Part shown: piece by piece, positions 24,364-37,821 of the stretch | How the letters are laid out: each line of letters opens with the position of its first letter | Position numbering within the stretch: position 1 is the first letter of the stretch | Assembly: GCA_002633005.1 (NCBI GenBank) | Contig: NMRA01000750.1 | Location: 1-64,000, forward strand | Length of the DNA stretch: 64,000 nucleotides | Reading direction: 5' to 3' | DNA from: Phoronis australis | Taxonomy: Eukaryota; Animalia; Phoronida | Translations under genes and position numbers: made by a program | Notes under the pieces: model-generated | Told to the model about the DNA's origin: nothing | Seen by the model: the letters and a program-made list of their open reading frames with translations, nothing else | Database searches by the model: none

Positions 24364-26703
24364 GTTGCTGCCTGTTGTGTAGGGTTGTGCACAGGTATGC
24401 ATGCATGGGTAGTAATTAGGAAAATACTGCTTGCTGTTACTACACAAGTTTTGGGTGGTAGTGTTCAAATTAGCAGTATAAAAATGTTAGTATTTGGCTT
24501 GTGTGGTGAAAGTGTTCTTAGCTAACAAAAATGTGCTTGTGTTTTGATCTTTTGGTGAAATGTTACAAATTTCAGACAAAAATAATTGCCAAAATGACAA
24601 TTTTTAAGGCATCTTATACTGTTGTGAATACCCATAATTTCTCAAAACATTGTTTGATAGAAGCAACCGTAAATTACTTTGAAATGATAAAACATTCAGT
24701 GTGTACGACTTATCAATAAAAAATGAGAGAATGTAATTTTGATTTTCTGTCCTACATTGGTGAGATTTTTGCCATATTCGCAGTATATCTGTGTTGTACG
24801 ATCATGCATAAACTTGCTCCTGTTAGAGGCTTGAGACTTTTTCATTCCATCAAGTTTCTGTGTTGGTTGCTGTTACTCTCATCTAGATTTGTGGAGCAAT
24901 GCATTTCTGTGTTGTCTGCCACAAACCTAATGCTACAACAGTGGGTGTTCATTAACACCTTACTCTCACATTACTGAAATGTATAATGTGTCTGACTAAC
25001 ATCAACCCTACCATCCTTTAGAGGTGTTTTATGTCTGTGCAGTCATACAAGTTATCTCTTGTTGTCAATAGATGACACCACCTACCTTGTATGTCAAGGT
25101 CACGTGCGCTTAACGTATGATAAATAGCATCTCCCTTTATTCACTCAGTTGAGAAGTATATAATTGGTTTTCTATGAATTATTGATGTTATGATACTGTT
25201 TTTTAGCCTGGAATATTTAGGTCCTCATTGTTGTCTTTTCTGCTACAACAATACTTCAAAACTTGCTGTCTATGGAGAACCTCAAATAACAGGATTATGT
25301 TTCCCTTACCAACTCTGAAATGCTTTTTCTTGAGTCGCTGATGGTTTACGATGTTCTTCTTAGTAATGAGAATAGAATCCTGTTGCGATATGAAATATCA
25401 CAAAAAACAATTTAATGAAAATAAAAGGCGTCATTCGGTTTCCATTATTTTAGCCATCTATGTGTTTTTTCAAGCTAATGTTTTGGTATACAGATAATTT
25501 CCGATTTTCTCGGTAATAAATTCAGAAAGCTCTCCTGCACGATGTTTGCTTTGGCGGTAAAAGCTGCTGCTAGGAACATTCATGAACAAATCCTCTTATT
25601 TTCAGTTGATTGTTTTAACACATACCTTCCTTTTCGTTAACTTACCATGGCTACACGCAACACAACTATTACATAAGCATCTCAGATGACACAAGACACT
25701 TAATGCAAAGTCATTAATTTGGAGCTCACTAATCCCACAGGGAAACCAAATTACTCGGGTTTAATTAGACCCGCAACATTGGCTGTCTCCCCATTGTAAT
25801 CTGTTCGTTATCTCACATTCATGTAAAATTAATATGATTATTGCGTTAATTCCTTCCAGCATATGTCTGGGTATTTGTTTTTCCTGTTGTCTCAGTTCAG
25901 TGTAAACGAGGCATCAGTTTACATTGTGTATTTGTTTCCAACTTTCTCTGTTTAAGGTACCGGTAAAACATTTTGCTACCCTTGAAATGTCAGTTTCAAC
26001 TGCCATGTCAGGTTTGTCTTGCACACAGTTGTTTAAGACAAGTGACCACAATCTACAGTGTATTGCCCCCGTTTGGACAACTTCTCTTGGTTATGAGTCA
26101 AAATAACACTGATATCTGGTTCACGGGAGTGGTGCAAACACATGCAGTTTCACTAGTGCACTGCTGGTGTTTTAGCCACTCTTAAAAACTGTCCATGAAG
26201 AAGTAATTTCCTCAGGACACACTTGCTCTCTGCTATTAATGCCACGGTAATCTCGAAACCTTGTGCATGGTGTCCTTTGAAGTAAGCGCTCTGGCTACAA
26301 ACGTGCCATTCAGGATAGGTTTGCCATATGAGGAAGTTAGACCAGAACTGCGCGTAGTCTCACATACTTATCTGTGGTAAGGACACGATATTGCCGACAA
26401 GTGAAATTTTATTGCATCATTTTTTCCATAAAAATATGCATCATCAAATTATAAGACTTTCTATGTTATAGTTTTCTACAATAAATACTGCATAGCTTCA
26501 CAGTTTGAGAATTACGACAACGAAATTTTAGTCTCGTCCATGTGGGTAAGAGAGCATGTTACAATGGTGGAATATAACTTGATTGTCAAAATGTTCTGAC
26601 TAAACTCCTCAGGACTGACTCTGTTGCGCAAGCAGCTTCTCTCGTGATTTGTTGTAGCAAAATTATACTGCTCCTTCATAAATGACAAATTGCACATGCA
26701 GCA

Positions 26704-26876
26704 GTAGTACCATCGCACCATCTGCTCAATAAGATTTCTGGTAATGATCACTTACAGAGGTCCAGTATTTTGAGAACCAGTTTTCTCCACTAAATAAGGG
26801 GCATCAATCTGGTTCTCATTGTACTGGACCCTTGTAAGTGACTAGTGCGGTTATCTATGGTGCAACAGTAGTATAC
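26704..26876. repeat. Long hairpin / palindromic mini-element
   Basis: tcacttacagaggtccagta-ttttgagaaccag pairs with ctggttctcattg-tactggacccttgtaagtga (26748-26841); outer arms gtagtaccatcgcaccat / atggtgcaacagtagtat. Related partial copy at ~37825-37872 (gaataacgggcatcaaactggttctcaaaat). Confidence 0.75.
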
Positions 26877-29800
26877 ATATTACGGTTTATAATTTTATTA
26901 TAGTTTTGTTAATTTCCAACTTATTGCTAAAATTAGAATAATTACATGTTTGTGAAAGACCACAGATTTGGGGTTGACTTAAAAATTTGTTCTGTAGCAC
27001 TTATTTTTTTTGCTGGTGCTTCAGTATTTCGACGCGGTGCCGTGGGACATTGTTTGTAAAATTTGCTATTGGGAATAATTATCGATTAGTTAGGGGCTGT
27101 CCTTAACCGGTTATCCGCTAATTAACATTTCATGTTGCCTGAAGGAATGGGAATGTATTTGCACAGCAATATTGCAATTCTTCACTTATTTAGCACACAA
27201 TATGACTTACAAGTGAAATTCTACTTTTCTCCACAAAAATAAAAGAAAATTTTAGTCTATTTCTAGCTTGGTTCGTATTGTGTAGAGGTCATAAAACAAC
27301 CTTTCGGAAATTTTACATTCATTAAAGTTACCAGCCTTTCAAAAATGTTAAAATGACAATTCTGGGAATCTTGTTTTTGTGCAAAATAAGTAGAGAATTA
27401 CTGTACTCTATCCTACCTCAACATTCAGGAGAGTTTAGGTTAAGATTTTGAAAAACTAATTATGCTTTGACTTTTTTCAGTGAGCAGCCTTCAGGTGGAA
27501 CTTGTACGCCAATTTCTTATCTCTGTGATTGCTTGGTCAAATTAGTTAGAAACACAGCATATAGCAACATTGTGAATATGAAGTAGGTTGAAAAGTAGCA
27601 AATGTTTTTAAGAACGAGTTTTGTGTCGAAAATGATTTGCCATAAATTGCTCAACCGTGTCTAGTAAGTATCCTGACTGTGGTGTTAGGGAATAACACTG
27701 CATAATGTGGGTTATGTGAGCCCCAAGGTATGTCATTAGTGCAAAGGTCACCTATTTGAAGAATTTTTTGTTTTCACATTTACAAGTTGTCAGTGAATAC
27801 AACTGCACTTTGTTTAGCATAGATGATTTCAAATAGCATTGTCGTTTAGTTCATGCTATACATTAGCATAGTTAGGAGCATGAAAATACATCTTTAAGAT
27901 GAGGCGGGTGAGGGAAGGGGCAGATGTCGAATTTGTCTTGCCACCCAATGTTTACCATCCTATGGGCTTGCAAGTGGGTCACTGGGTTTATCTCATTGCT
28001 TGTTGGGGCAGTCCTATGCCACTGCTGCTGTCACTTGTATTGTGGATCTTCCTGGTATGATGTGTTATCCAGATCTTGTCTTGGTCCGTTCCTATGCAAT
28101 TAGCTCTACCTGGAAAGAATAGCTACTAACGAATCCCAAAATGTTTGGAACTTAACGGTTTGTCAAGACAAAAGTTGGCGCACATCGTCTCAAGGCTGCA
28201 TTTCCTGTTGGCAGGTGGCGCTTAAAACTTTTAAGTGGAGAATGCCTTCTTAAAGTTTCATAGTTAGGCTCCAGTATTGCAAATAATCAGTTTGGTATTT
28301 GTTTTTCATTGATTTTTTCGTATGCATGAAGAACAGATGGCATTGTGTTGAAAGATTCTATTACTACTTTATATGCTGTGAGAGAAGGTATGGTGCTCAA
28401 AGCTTAGCTTAAGGCCAACTTGGCAAATGCGTCTTAGCGAAAATCCCAGGGCATCAAACGAAAATTGAGGTCGCCAAAACTGAGGTCATACGTCACCTAC
28501 CATTATTAAAAATTGCACATACCTGTTCCATTCTTTCTGTAAATATACACTATTCGAAGGGTATTGCGGTATACATTACCCTTATGGGACAGATCGCCAC
28601 GTCAGATGATACAAAGGTCCAGTTTTCCCTTTCGTTCTGCAGGGGTCTTTATGTCGACTTTCAGATCACTTAAAAAATGTTCACTCAAGTTATTTAGTCA
28701 GATGCATTTCAGAGTTGTATTTTGGTTTTCTCACCCTAAGTCAATCTAAGTGAATTCTTCTTACATGTGGAGAATACAGACGATTGGAAACACTGGAGGG
28801 ATGTGGTCCGACCTCGCTTGATGTTTGCCAAACAATCCCGACTTCTGTTTGTTTGCTTCCTGTTGTAGTTAGAGCGTGTGTTTGATATGGGCTGACTGCT
28901 AAAGTTGGCAAGTGCACTATTTCATGACATAAAGAGAACTATTTTGAACCAAAGGTTTTGAATCTAGGAAAAAATGTTACTGATTTAAAGTGTGGAAGTG
29001 ATAACAAAATTTGAAGGGAATTTCGGATGAATCATTGTCAGACTTTGTTTGTTGCTCACTTTGGCGTCTTCGTGATGACTTGGAGTTTTCCCAGGTCGGC
29101 AAACACAGTCTGAAGTCACATTGGTGAGCTGCAGGTCATCAAATCAAGTCCGGAGGTGTGATGTTTTGTTCAGGAAATTCAGTCTGCCAAGTGCACACAT
29201 CATGCTAAATGTATGAGGCAGATTGGCCAGAAAGTCTTTATTATCTCTTACATTGGTTGAAGACTTGTAGTTGATTTACTGTGGTCATGTAACATTTAAG
29301 GACGATTGAAATGTGTGTAGGAAACAAATCAAGTCACATGACGCAAGTTCCTTCAGAGATCGTTGTGTGCTTAGGGCAGGTGTAATCACACTAATCCATT
29401 TGAATGTTTGAAACTATTGTGTGATCAGGCCAGCATTCTTGAAGACATTTCCTGAAAATTATGTCCTAATCAATGTTCCTTTGAAAGCCTGGGGGTGTTG
29501 TAGCAAGTTGGTTTGTTTTCCCTGGTGAGGTAAGTAACTGTCAGGCTGAGTACAAACGTGTAGAGTTATTTACCATAAGTGAAGCTTTTTATCATAACAA
29601 ATGTATTAGAATGTAAATGAATCATGATTCTCCCCTGCAATTGATGAGTCCCCGGTGACGGCCAGCGAATGACTCATGCGGATCGGTCGATTACTAACGA
29701 GGGGTCGCTGTCTGTTGCCTCGTCATCGTTGGTTACTTCGAAAAAATCAATCGCCATGAAAGTGTCACTGTCTCGCAAACCTGTGTTCGTGCTATTGATG

Positions 29801-32800
29801 TTTTTGGTTTCTGTCTAACACCCCTACTTAGACGTATGGGTTGTTCCGTTTTATGGAACTGATTTATTCAGTCGGGGAAAGATGGTAAATTGAAGGGTTC
29901 GGCTAGGCAGATTGATCGGTTTGAGGTAAGGTTCTGTTTTTTATGAGTTAGGGTAGATTTTCCCTGAAGTGTTTGTGGTATATTCTGAGGACCAAATGTA
30001 TTGTAATGTGTAAGATTTAGTCTTTGAGACTGTCTGAAAGGTAATGGCAAAGTTATAATACATTTTATTTTATTTTTTTACCTGTAAGGGCCAGCATATA
30101 GCTGTAATCAAACACAGTCTGCAAATGTTATGCAGGAAACTTAATTGATACTAATGATTAATATTAGCAACAACAGTAAAATCTCACCACTTTTGAACAG
30201 CACTAGTTGCCAAAGTTGTTTGTTTTTTCATTGTTCCGAGTGCCAGTAATGTCACAAAAGATTGTCTGATGGTAGATGTGGTATAGAACTTAAAAATAAT
30301 GAAGCGTTTATTTGTTTATTTATTTATTTATTTGGTGCTACTAGTAAAAACGTAAAATAAAATTTCATCTGTCCGCCATGTTGTGTCCTAAATTTGTGAG
30401 TGAAAGAGATCTTGAAATGCATTCTGGTGGGTAACAGTTCTATTTGTATTTATGTTTTAAAATTGCACAAAAATGTTGTGAGTCATGACTAGTAAACTTT
30501 ATTGAAACGGTTTCTGATCACCGAATGGTTGTACGCCTAATGTTACCCCAAGAAGAACCCAGAAACTAGCGCTCCTAGTCAAAACATTGTTTCTGTGGCC
30601 TCACATCAAAACAAGAGCTTTGTAGGGTTTCCTGGGGATAGATTCCACTTAATGCCAGGATAAAATGATAAAACAGACTATCTACTGACAACACATGTGG
30701 TTTGAGATCAAAAACATAGCAGCTATGCAAATCAAATAGAGAAGCGAATGGCTATAAAAATGCCTGGCAGCAGACGTCAATGATGGCTGTAAGCTGTAGA
30801 TGTCTGTTAATAATTCTTTGCATTAGATTGCTATGCTCTCTGATGCTTGTATGCTACGGCAAACATTTCTACTAGTAGACATGTGAAAATATGATGTGAT
30901 TTATGATTTAGGGAATGTGACTGCGTATTAGTGATAGGTTCCTTGCGATAGACATTGCTGTCCTCCATTTTTATAGTTGCAGTTGGATTCATGTGGCTTT
31001 CCCATTTACGATTCCGCGTTCTATCGAACATCCATTGCAGGAACCCTTTCCTTTCCTGTTTACCCCTCTCCGGCTGCGACATGGGAGTTACCATTAGTCC
31101 TAGTGATTCCTTTTCTCGATGGAACATGTGTATTACATCTGGCGACTTCTGGTCATTATTCCATTGGAGTGGAGATAACCTGTCCCCCTGCTGCAGAGTT
31201 CCGCAACTCATTTTAATCCACCTATTTTGAGTAGAGTTGCAATGACTGTTTTTTAAGTCTGGCAGTTACGCTTTCCCACTGATCAAAACACTGTAAAACC
31301 AGGGAGTTATGGCATCGGTGGAAAAGTGGCATTAGTTGTTCTTCATCCAGTTTTACTGCTGACATGTGCTTGCTTTATTTGGTCTCTGAAAGCTGAGAGT
31401 AGCACTTTACAGAACTTCCCTCTTGATTTCCATGATATTTGTGTGTCTCTGTATGGTTAAACCCTCCAGATGTAGAAATCGGCCAATGCGAAATTGTTGC
31501 TGTTCTGTGTAATTAGTTGATTGCGTAACTTCCTCTAATCGGTCGTTCAATGAAATATAACAGTGAAGTTCACGTGTCATTTGTTCTCACTTTCATTGCA
31601 CTTTACACCTCACCTTGCTGCTTGCAAGCATCGTTTTCACTCATCCAGAAGTTGTTTTTTTGGCAAAACCATTTAGTATTTGTCACTGCGCGTTGAACTA
31701 GTTTTGTTATGTAATCATAAACAAATGATAGGACGTAGGAGTACAGTTCATACCATGGATTCTTCTATTTTATTTTTCATCAAATTTCTTAACAAAAGCA
31801 AGTATTTAAAAAAGTGCCTACTTTATTTTTAACATTGATTTTACTGAACGACTGAACGATGTTGGATACTTGTTGTCAGTTAGTCAACTTTTGAAAAATG
31901 GAGAAGTGGTAGATTTGGGAATTATGTTTGGAAGAATTGACCTAAAAATGACCACAGGTATAAGTCAGTAACTTCCCTGGGGAGAGTGTTCTAAGCAATT
32001 GCAGTCTGTCTAGTATTGTACTATTGTTCTTGCATGCTGTGGTTTAGATACCTAAGGGAAGCCTTTCATTTGGATTGACAGTAGCAATATATACCAGAGC
32101 CTGATCAATACCAGGGTGGGTGGGGGGAGGGGGGCTGCCAGTTTCTGTGTGCTTTTGCCACCAGTGTTAACCCAGACAGTGAGAAGCCAGCTGTGGTAGG
32201 TAGACTGCAAACTGCAAACTGCCAGTCTCGGAACAATGCGTCACAATGTGCAGTCAGGCCTACACAAACGATTCTTCTAGTCCAGTAATCAGGTTAATGA
32301 TTTTCCAGGTGTTGGAAATAGAGGAATTAATGTTGGCTTGTGATGAAGCATTGTCCTGTATATTTGCATAATGTTAGCATGTTTGTATGTTGTGAATTGT
32401 TATTTAATGCAGGGGCCTGATTAACTTTTTGTGTCCATTGAGGTCTTGCTTTTGTCTGAATATTGCTGTGATGAAGGTGACTTAGTGACGAACAAGTCAA
32501 TGTGCAATTTACAGTCCTGTTTGCAGTATTTCTTCACAAACTGATTGGAGTTGTCGCGGTAACAAGTTTGGATTTTGTTGTGTTTGGCTCACTTACTCAG
32601 CGTTTGAAAAGACAATGCAACGAGTTTGAACTTGCTGGAGATGTCATTTCTTCACCAAAGCGAGGCTTTTGACATGATTCCAGAGCTGTGTATAAACAAG
32701 GACATTCTAACATCTTCGTGAAATTTGTAATTCCCGTTGAATTTCAATTTCTGTGTGGTGAACAAAGTACTTCGCGTAATCTGCGATTTTAATAGAAATA

Positions 32801-33288
32801 TGTACGTGTTGCAGCAAGTCAGTGGATAAAAAAACTACTCTTAAATAAATGAAAGAACACTACTTTACTGAAGCTCCGCTTAATATGCAGGAATAAATAT
32901 GTAGCTTTTTGTTGACTCTTCAGGTAACTTCTTGAGGACTGACTCAAAAAATAGAAGCTGATAGTATTTTGGGCGCGAAATGCAAATTTATGTAATTTAT
33001 ATAATGTTTTTTCACTATTTTGTTGTGGACACAGTATTGGCGTAAAATTCCTTCGTGGCCAATGGGTCCACATCTATTGCGTTACCCTGTACGTGGAGTT
33101 CATAATTCATTAACTAATATTAATGAAAGCTATGTTGTTTCATTAGCTACACTGTGTTTGCTGTTCACTCATTGCCCAACTTGATGAATTATTTCTGGGT
33201 ATGGCCTCTCAACACATTTCATTAGTAAATTCTCTTCTTCCATCTTTCTTGACTGACTTTCACAGCAGTTATTAGGTATTTTGGTCAN

Positions 33289-33537
33289 CATCATCATATT
33301 CGTCATCATCGTCATCATCTTCGTCATCATCTCCGTCTTTTCCTTAATTTCGCCAAGTGTCGCTCAAGACTAGCCTTTTTCTTACTGATTTCGGACTCCT
33401 ACGTTGGTCATGTGTATGTTATTAACTTCTTTTGTTCATCCTCACCACCATCTTCGTCATATTCGTCATCTTCGTCATCATCTTTATCGTCATCTTTTTG
33501 GTTAATTTCGCCAAGGTTCGCTCCTCGGAGCGCTTTC
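33289..33537. mobile_element. Partial repeat insertion with (TCA/TCG)-rich subunits next to a single N
   Basis: Two related subunits, each ending ttaatttcgccaag..tcgctc, bracketed by the 17-bp direct repeat attaggtattttggtca (33271-33287 and 33538-33554). N at 33288. Confidence 0.55.
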
Positions 33538-34384
33538 ATTAGGTATTTTGGTCACCGTGGTTATGGATTTTCTGCTATCTCTATTTAATATGGCGGATGA
33601 TGGAAATTCTATTTCAGACAATTTCTTTACATAAAATAACCATTAAGAAAATGTCACGTGGTTATTAGCATCATAGTTTCAACACTACACCTATCACTTG
33701 GTTAGTTTTCAGTCTTCGAAACAATGCAGTGAATTTCTAAATAATTCAAAAGTGCTAATTGCAGCAATTTATTTTGTACCAAAATGGAGAATTTTTACCG
33801 TAACATTCTTTGTGAGATTGAGATTGAGATTATTATCAACAGTTCTAAGGTAGCTCTCTCTTGAAAAGGTTAGTCAATATCTTGCGATTAAGGGGTTGAC
33901 CTTTCGTTTGGCATTGGTGAATATTCTTGTGTTGGAATAGTGTCGCAGTTTAGTTATCACTTTCTAACGTCAAGTATCTGACATGTTAAAGGTGCACCGT
34001 CAAATATTTATACGCTGTTTCGAACCAATGATAAATTGAGATGACAGTTTGTGCGATTATATTCGTTGGGTTCATTTGTGAGGTCGCTCAACAGTTGCCA
34101 AAACAGCCTCTTTAGCGTAACTGTCACTTGGGATTTGACGAAACACACAATTAACTGTACTCGGGATATTTCAAGGACAATCCTTTTGGACCTTAGGATA
34201 GCGTTTGATGTCACGTGCCCTTAACATTTGAAATTCTACGCGACTACTGTGGACGATATGAAGTGAATGGAGTTGTGGTTCCGTTCAGTTTAGTGACGTA
34301 TATTTGCTTTGTCTTTGTCCTCAGTTGTTCATTTTCAGTCACTGAATGCGGGGCTCAGAGTAAAGGTTTTGAATTAATTTACAG

Positions 34385-34568
34385 ATGAGCGCCACTCTGA
34401 TCCCGGGGTGGTGAGGGTCCATACATCAGCGCCATCATTGATCGATAACAGAATGAATGTTGCAGCAGGACAAAAGTCTCAGAACAGTTCCCCGACTGGT
34501 ACGCCGTCAAAACGTCGGTCTCAGGATAAGGAGATCTACTCGTTCATGGATGAACTAAACAGGGAGAG
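34385..34568 (+). CDS. APC: APC coding exon 2 (184 nt, phase 1 to phase 2)
   Basis: Acceptor ttaatttacAG ends at 34384; G|AT joins exon 1 in frame (DERHSDPGVVRV...). Ends YSFMDELNRER, similar to human YLEELEKER. Donor gagag|GTGGGT at 34569 is phase 2, as at the human junction within R141. The alternative acceptors at 34324 and 34338 run into stop codons. Confidence 0.88.
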
Positions 34569-36136
34569 GTGGGTAACTCTGAGGTTATGTGAATGAGGAT
34601 GACCTTGTAAACAATGCTTGACCATGTCAACTTGCTATAAACATAGCATGTGGTAACTTGAAATTCAGTGCACTAAGTTCAAATTACTTTGTGTGGAACC
34701 GAAGTATAACTGGATTGTATTTGGCATTAAGAAACTGAGGGGCATCAGGATCTAAGGATTGATCCGAAGAACAATGAATTGTTAATGAGTCAAGGCATGT
34801 GAACGGGTTTCTAGCAATGTGAACATTAAGTATTGCGCTATTACTCCAACAGTGCATAGAGCTATTTGAACAGTCGCGTTAGCTGTGGAAATTCTGCTGA
34901 CTGCGAAAGTCGTCCTGTCTATTAGTTACTGCAGCGGGTAATTACAGAAATTGTGCACCTCCCTTAGCGGAACTTTTGGATCCTTTTGGCTCGGAATGAT
35001 GAAATTACCTTCCTTGATCCATCACATGGCAGCATTAAAGTTGTGTTAGTACCCGAACTGTGGGTGTCTTGACTGACAGGTAGTTAAGCTATTTTCCTCG
35101 TAGTTCATTCACCTGTGTTATGTAATGCCTTTTCTGGACTCTGCAAGGCTGCAAGATGGTGAAAATGTATGATTAAACACACTGTGATTTTGATCCGTGC
35201 TTTTACTGTCATGACTGACTAGACTAATACTAAATCAATTCATGTCCATTACTCACTGTTGAACTGAACTAGCCTCAAGTGTGCGTGCTAGTCACCTTGA
35301 ATATCAAACATACACTGCATTCCGTCCGTTCGTTGTAGAATTTAAATGTTGGGTGAGTGAGATGTTGGTTGAATATGACAACAATCTTCTCGTGTCTTGA
35401 GCAATTGTGTCATCTGACGTAAAGTTGACAACGAAAATAGCCCCGCTTTGTATTTGGTGGCTTTAATCCACAAATAAGTTTGAAGGATTCTTGTACCCTG
35501 AATCCCTGTGTTTACAGTGTAGTTGCGCTGTACACTGAAGTGTTTCTTTCTGCAAATATGGTAATCTCTTATGGTGCAATATTCAGTTTTTAAGTAAACA
35601 TTATCACCATTCTATCATTAGCCTCGTCAATTTTATTTTACGACAAATGTATGTTTATTTGATTTACTGTGTTACAATCTCAGAAGCAAAGTTGTGTTCC
35701 AGTGCCAGCCATCTATGGTGGATGACCTTACATCTGAAGTTTTTGCAAATGTGTTGTGTCTCTAAATCTGTTGAGCATTTTGTTTGCAAACATCGCTCAA
35801 GTTACAGTGTCGGTACTTTGATGGTTCAAAATTGCCAAGTTGAGATTAAGTAAGAATAAAGTGGATTGTGAAGCCAAAATAATATTCGAACTCCATTCCA
35901 ATCACAGTATAGCGATGGAAAACAAATGTTAACTTGCCTTATTTCTCAACTAGCTTTTTTGTGGCAGAAACATTCGACACTTGCCACAGTATGCAACAGG
36001 GATGTCCCACCCAAGGTAATAGTCATAGGATAAGCACTCAATATGCCTTTAACTAGATAATTTTGGGTTTGTGGCTTTAGTAAAACGGTGTTTGGGCGAC
36101 CAGTATTCTAATGGCCATCAGCTACAATCACGGGTG

Positions 36137-36280
36137 AGAAACAACATGACCGTCGGTCCTCTAAATCGGACTGACTCACCCAAAACAGGACCTCTGGGGT
36201 TCAAATGGGACCGTCGCACCAGAAAATGAGACTGACGCACCTAAAAACATGACTGCCCCACCACAAAATATGACCGCCTA
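36137..36280 (+). repeat. Degenerate ~20-22 bp minisatellite (aaaa-atgac-g-cgcacc type)
   Basis: Periodic aaacaacatgaccg, aaatcggactgactcacc, aaaacaggacc, aaatgggaccgtcgcacc, aaaatgagactgacgcacc, aaaacatgactgccccacc, aaaatatgaccgcc. Confidence 0.65.
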
Positions 36281-37608
36281 TTAATTTTTCTGTGTCCCAA
36301 ACTAGAGAATTTCTATGGTATTTGTTGCTGTTGCTACCTATGGTCATTGATTTTACAGCTTGAACTGATCATGGTCTGACTCATCAAGATATAAGTAAAA
36401 CCTTTTCCAAACAATGGACTCCCAACTGGCACACTGCTTGTGATTTATCCAGGCAGAAAATCAAAATCTGTTTTCAGTTCCACAAATGCAAATCCCCTTG
36501 TTCAAGAAGTTATTAAAGGTTACACAAATTCTTTCACAGGTGAAATTTCCCGTTGTCTGCCTTGAAGTGAAAGTGTGGAGAACTTTTTGTTGAGACAAAA
36601 TTCTAGTTTCTCATCATGACGGATGTTGACTCATCATTCCAGGTACACTGACGTCGAATATTGGTTGCACTCGGCCCTCATGACGAGAATTTCGTTTGCG
36701 GACGGTCATTGTCATTTGGAAATTATTGTCAATTGGTCAAAGATTATTTTTTGGATGTACCACGCTTTAAGAACAAGTCTTTGATAGTGCGCAGTGCTTT
36801 TGATTTTTCCATTATTAACACTTTTTTAAAGATCAAGTATTTTAAAAGTTCTTAGAAATTTTTGAACTCGGACATGAAAAACAGGTAGAAAGTCGTCGTT
36901 TTCTGCTTTTGATTTGGAAGTGAAAATTTTGAAAGCTCAGAAGTGTGGTGTCCAGCTGAACTTCAACGTTAATAAAGACAGATGTGACTCAAAGTTAAAA
37001 GAAATCATAAAATTCTCAATCTTCAGAAGGATAACATTCATTAGCCATTGGTATTCTTGTCTTTTCAAGCTTGACTTAGTCTAGAAAGATACAGTCTGTC
37101 ATTAAAGTTTGTCTAGCTTGTAAGCCTATTAATGCCACTTAGAGACTAGTTGTTATGTACGTGGGAAGACTCGCACATTTGATTTTAGAATTGTATTCCC
37201 CGTTGGATTCACCTGTCTCTGTTGTTTCAATGTGAGCTGTTCTAGTCAGGTGTTAATTATTAATTACGGTGTCAGATTTCTGAACATTGTTGTCCCAGAA
37301 GTCAGCTTTGGTATAGTCATGACAGTTGCTGTGTTGGATTCTACCAGGGCTATTTAGACAATTGATTTATGCCTACTGACATGACTGTTTAAGTTGGCCA
37401 TGAGCAGTCAACACACCGGGAACAATAGACAATTGGGATCTATTGTTTTTTTTTGATTGTCCACAGCATATATTTAGAAAGGATTGAAAGTGGTGGCATT
37501 CCATTAGCATAATTGGTGTGCTTGTCATTATGACGTTAGTTCATCACAAACAAATTTGTAAAGTAATCGTGAGTATTGAGGACCAGTAACTGCTTTAACG
37601 TCATGTAG

Positions 37609-37641
37609 GTGTGTGTGTGTGTGTGTGTGTGTGGGTGTGTG
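37609..37641 (+). repeat. (GT)n microsatellite
   Basis: About 12 perfect GT units followed by an interrupted tail. Confidence 0.95.
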
Positions 37642-37670
37642 GCTATAATGTGCCTGTGTTTTGAAAACCG

Positions 37671-37821
37671 GGCGTGCGTTCAGTAATGCTAGGACATACG
37701 CTAGGACCTAGCTAAAATCTAGCCAAAGTCACTTGTTCTTATTTGAAATACACGGCAATATCTCGCGCAATCTCGCGAAGTCTTGCTTTTTAGCGAGGTC
37801 CTCGCGTTACTGAACGGGAGG
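37671..37821. mobile_element. Small MITE with TIR cgttcagtaa(t/c)gc(t/g)agga
   Basis: cgttcagtaatgctagga (from 37677) pairs with tcctcgcgttactgaacg (ending 37816). Flanks ccg/ctg suggest a 3-bp Harbinger-type TSD. Confidence 0.65.

Noticed and set aside
33289-33500. Acidic Asp/Glu-rich reading on the minus strand as a coding exon
   Set aside because: Explained by the TCA/TCG low-complexity repeat; no splice or homology support.
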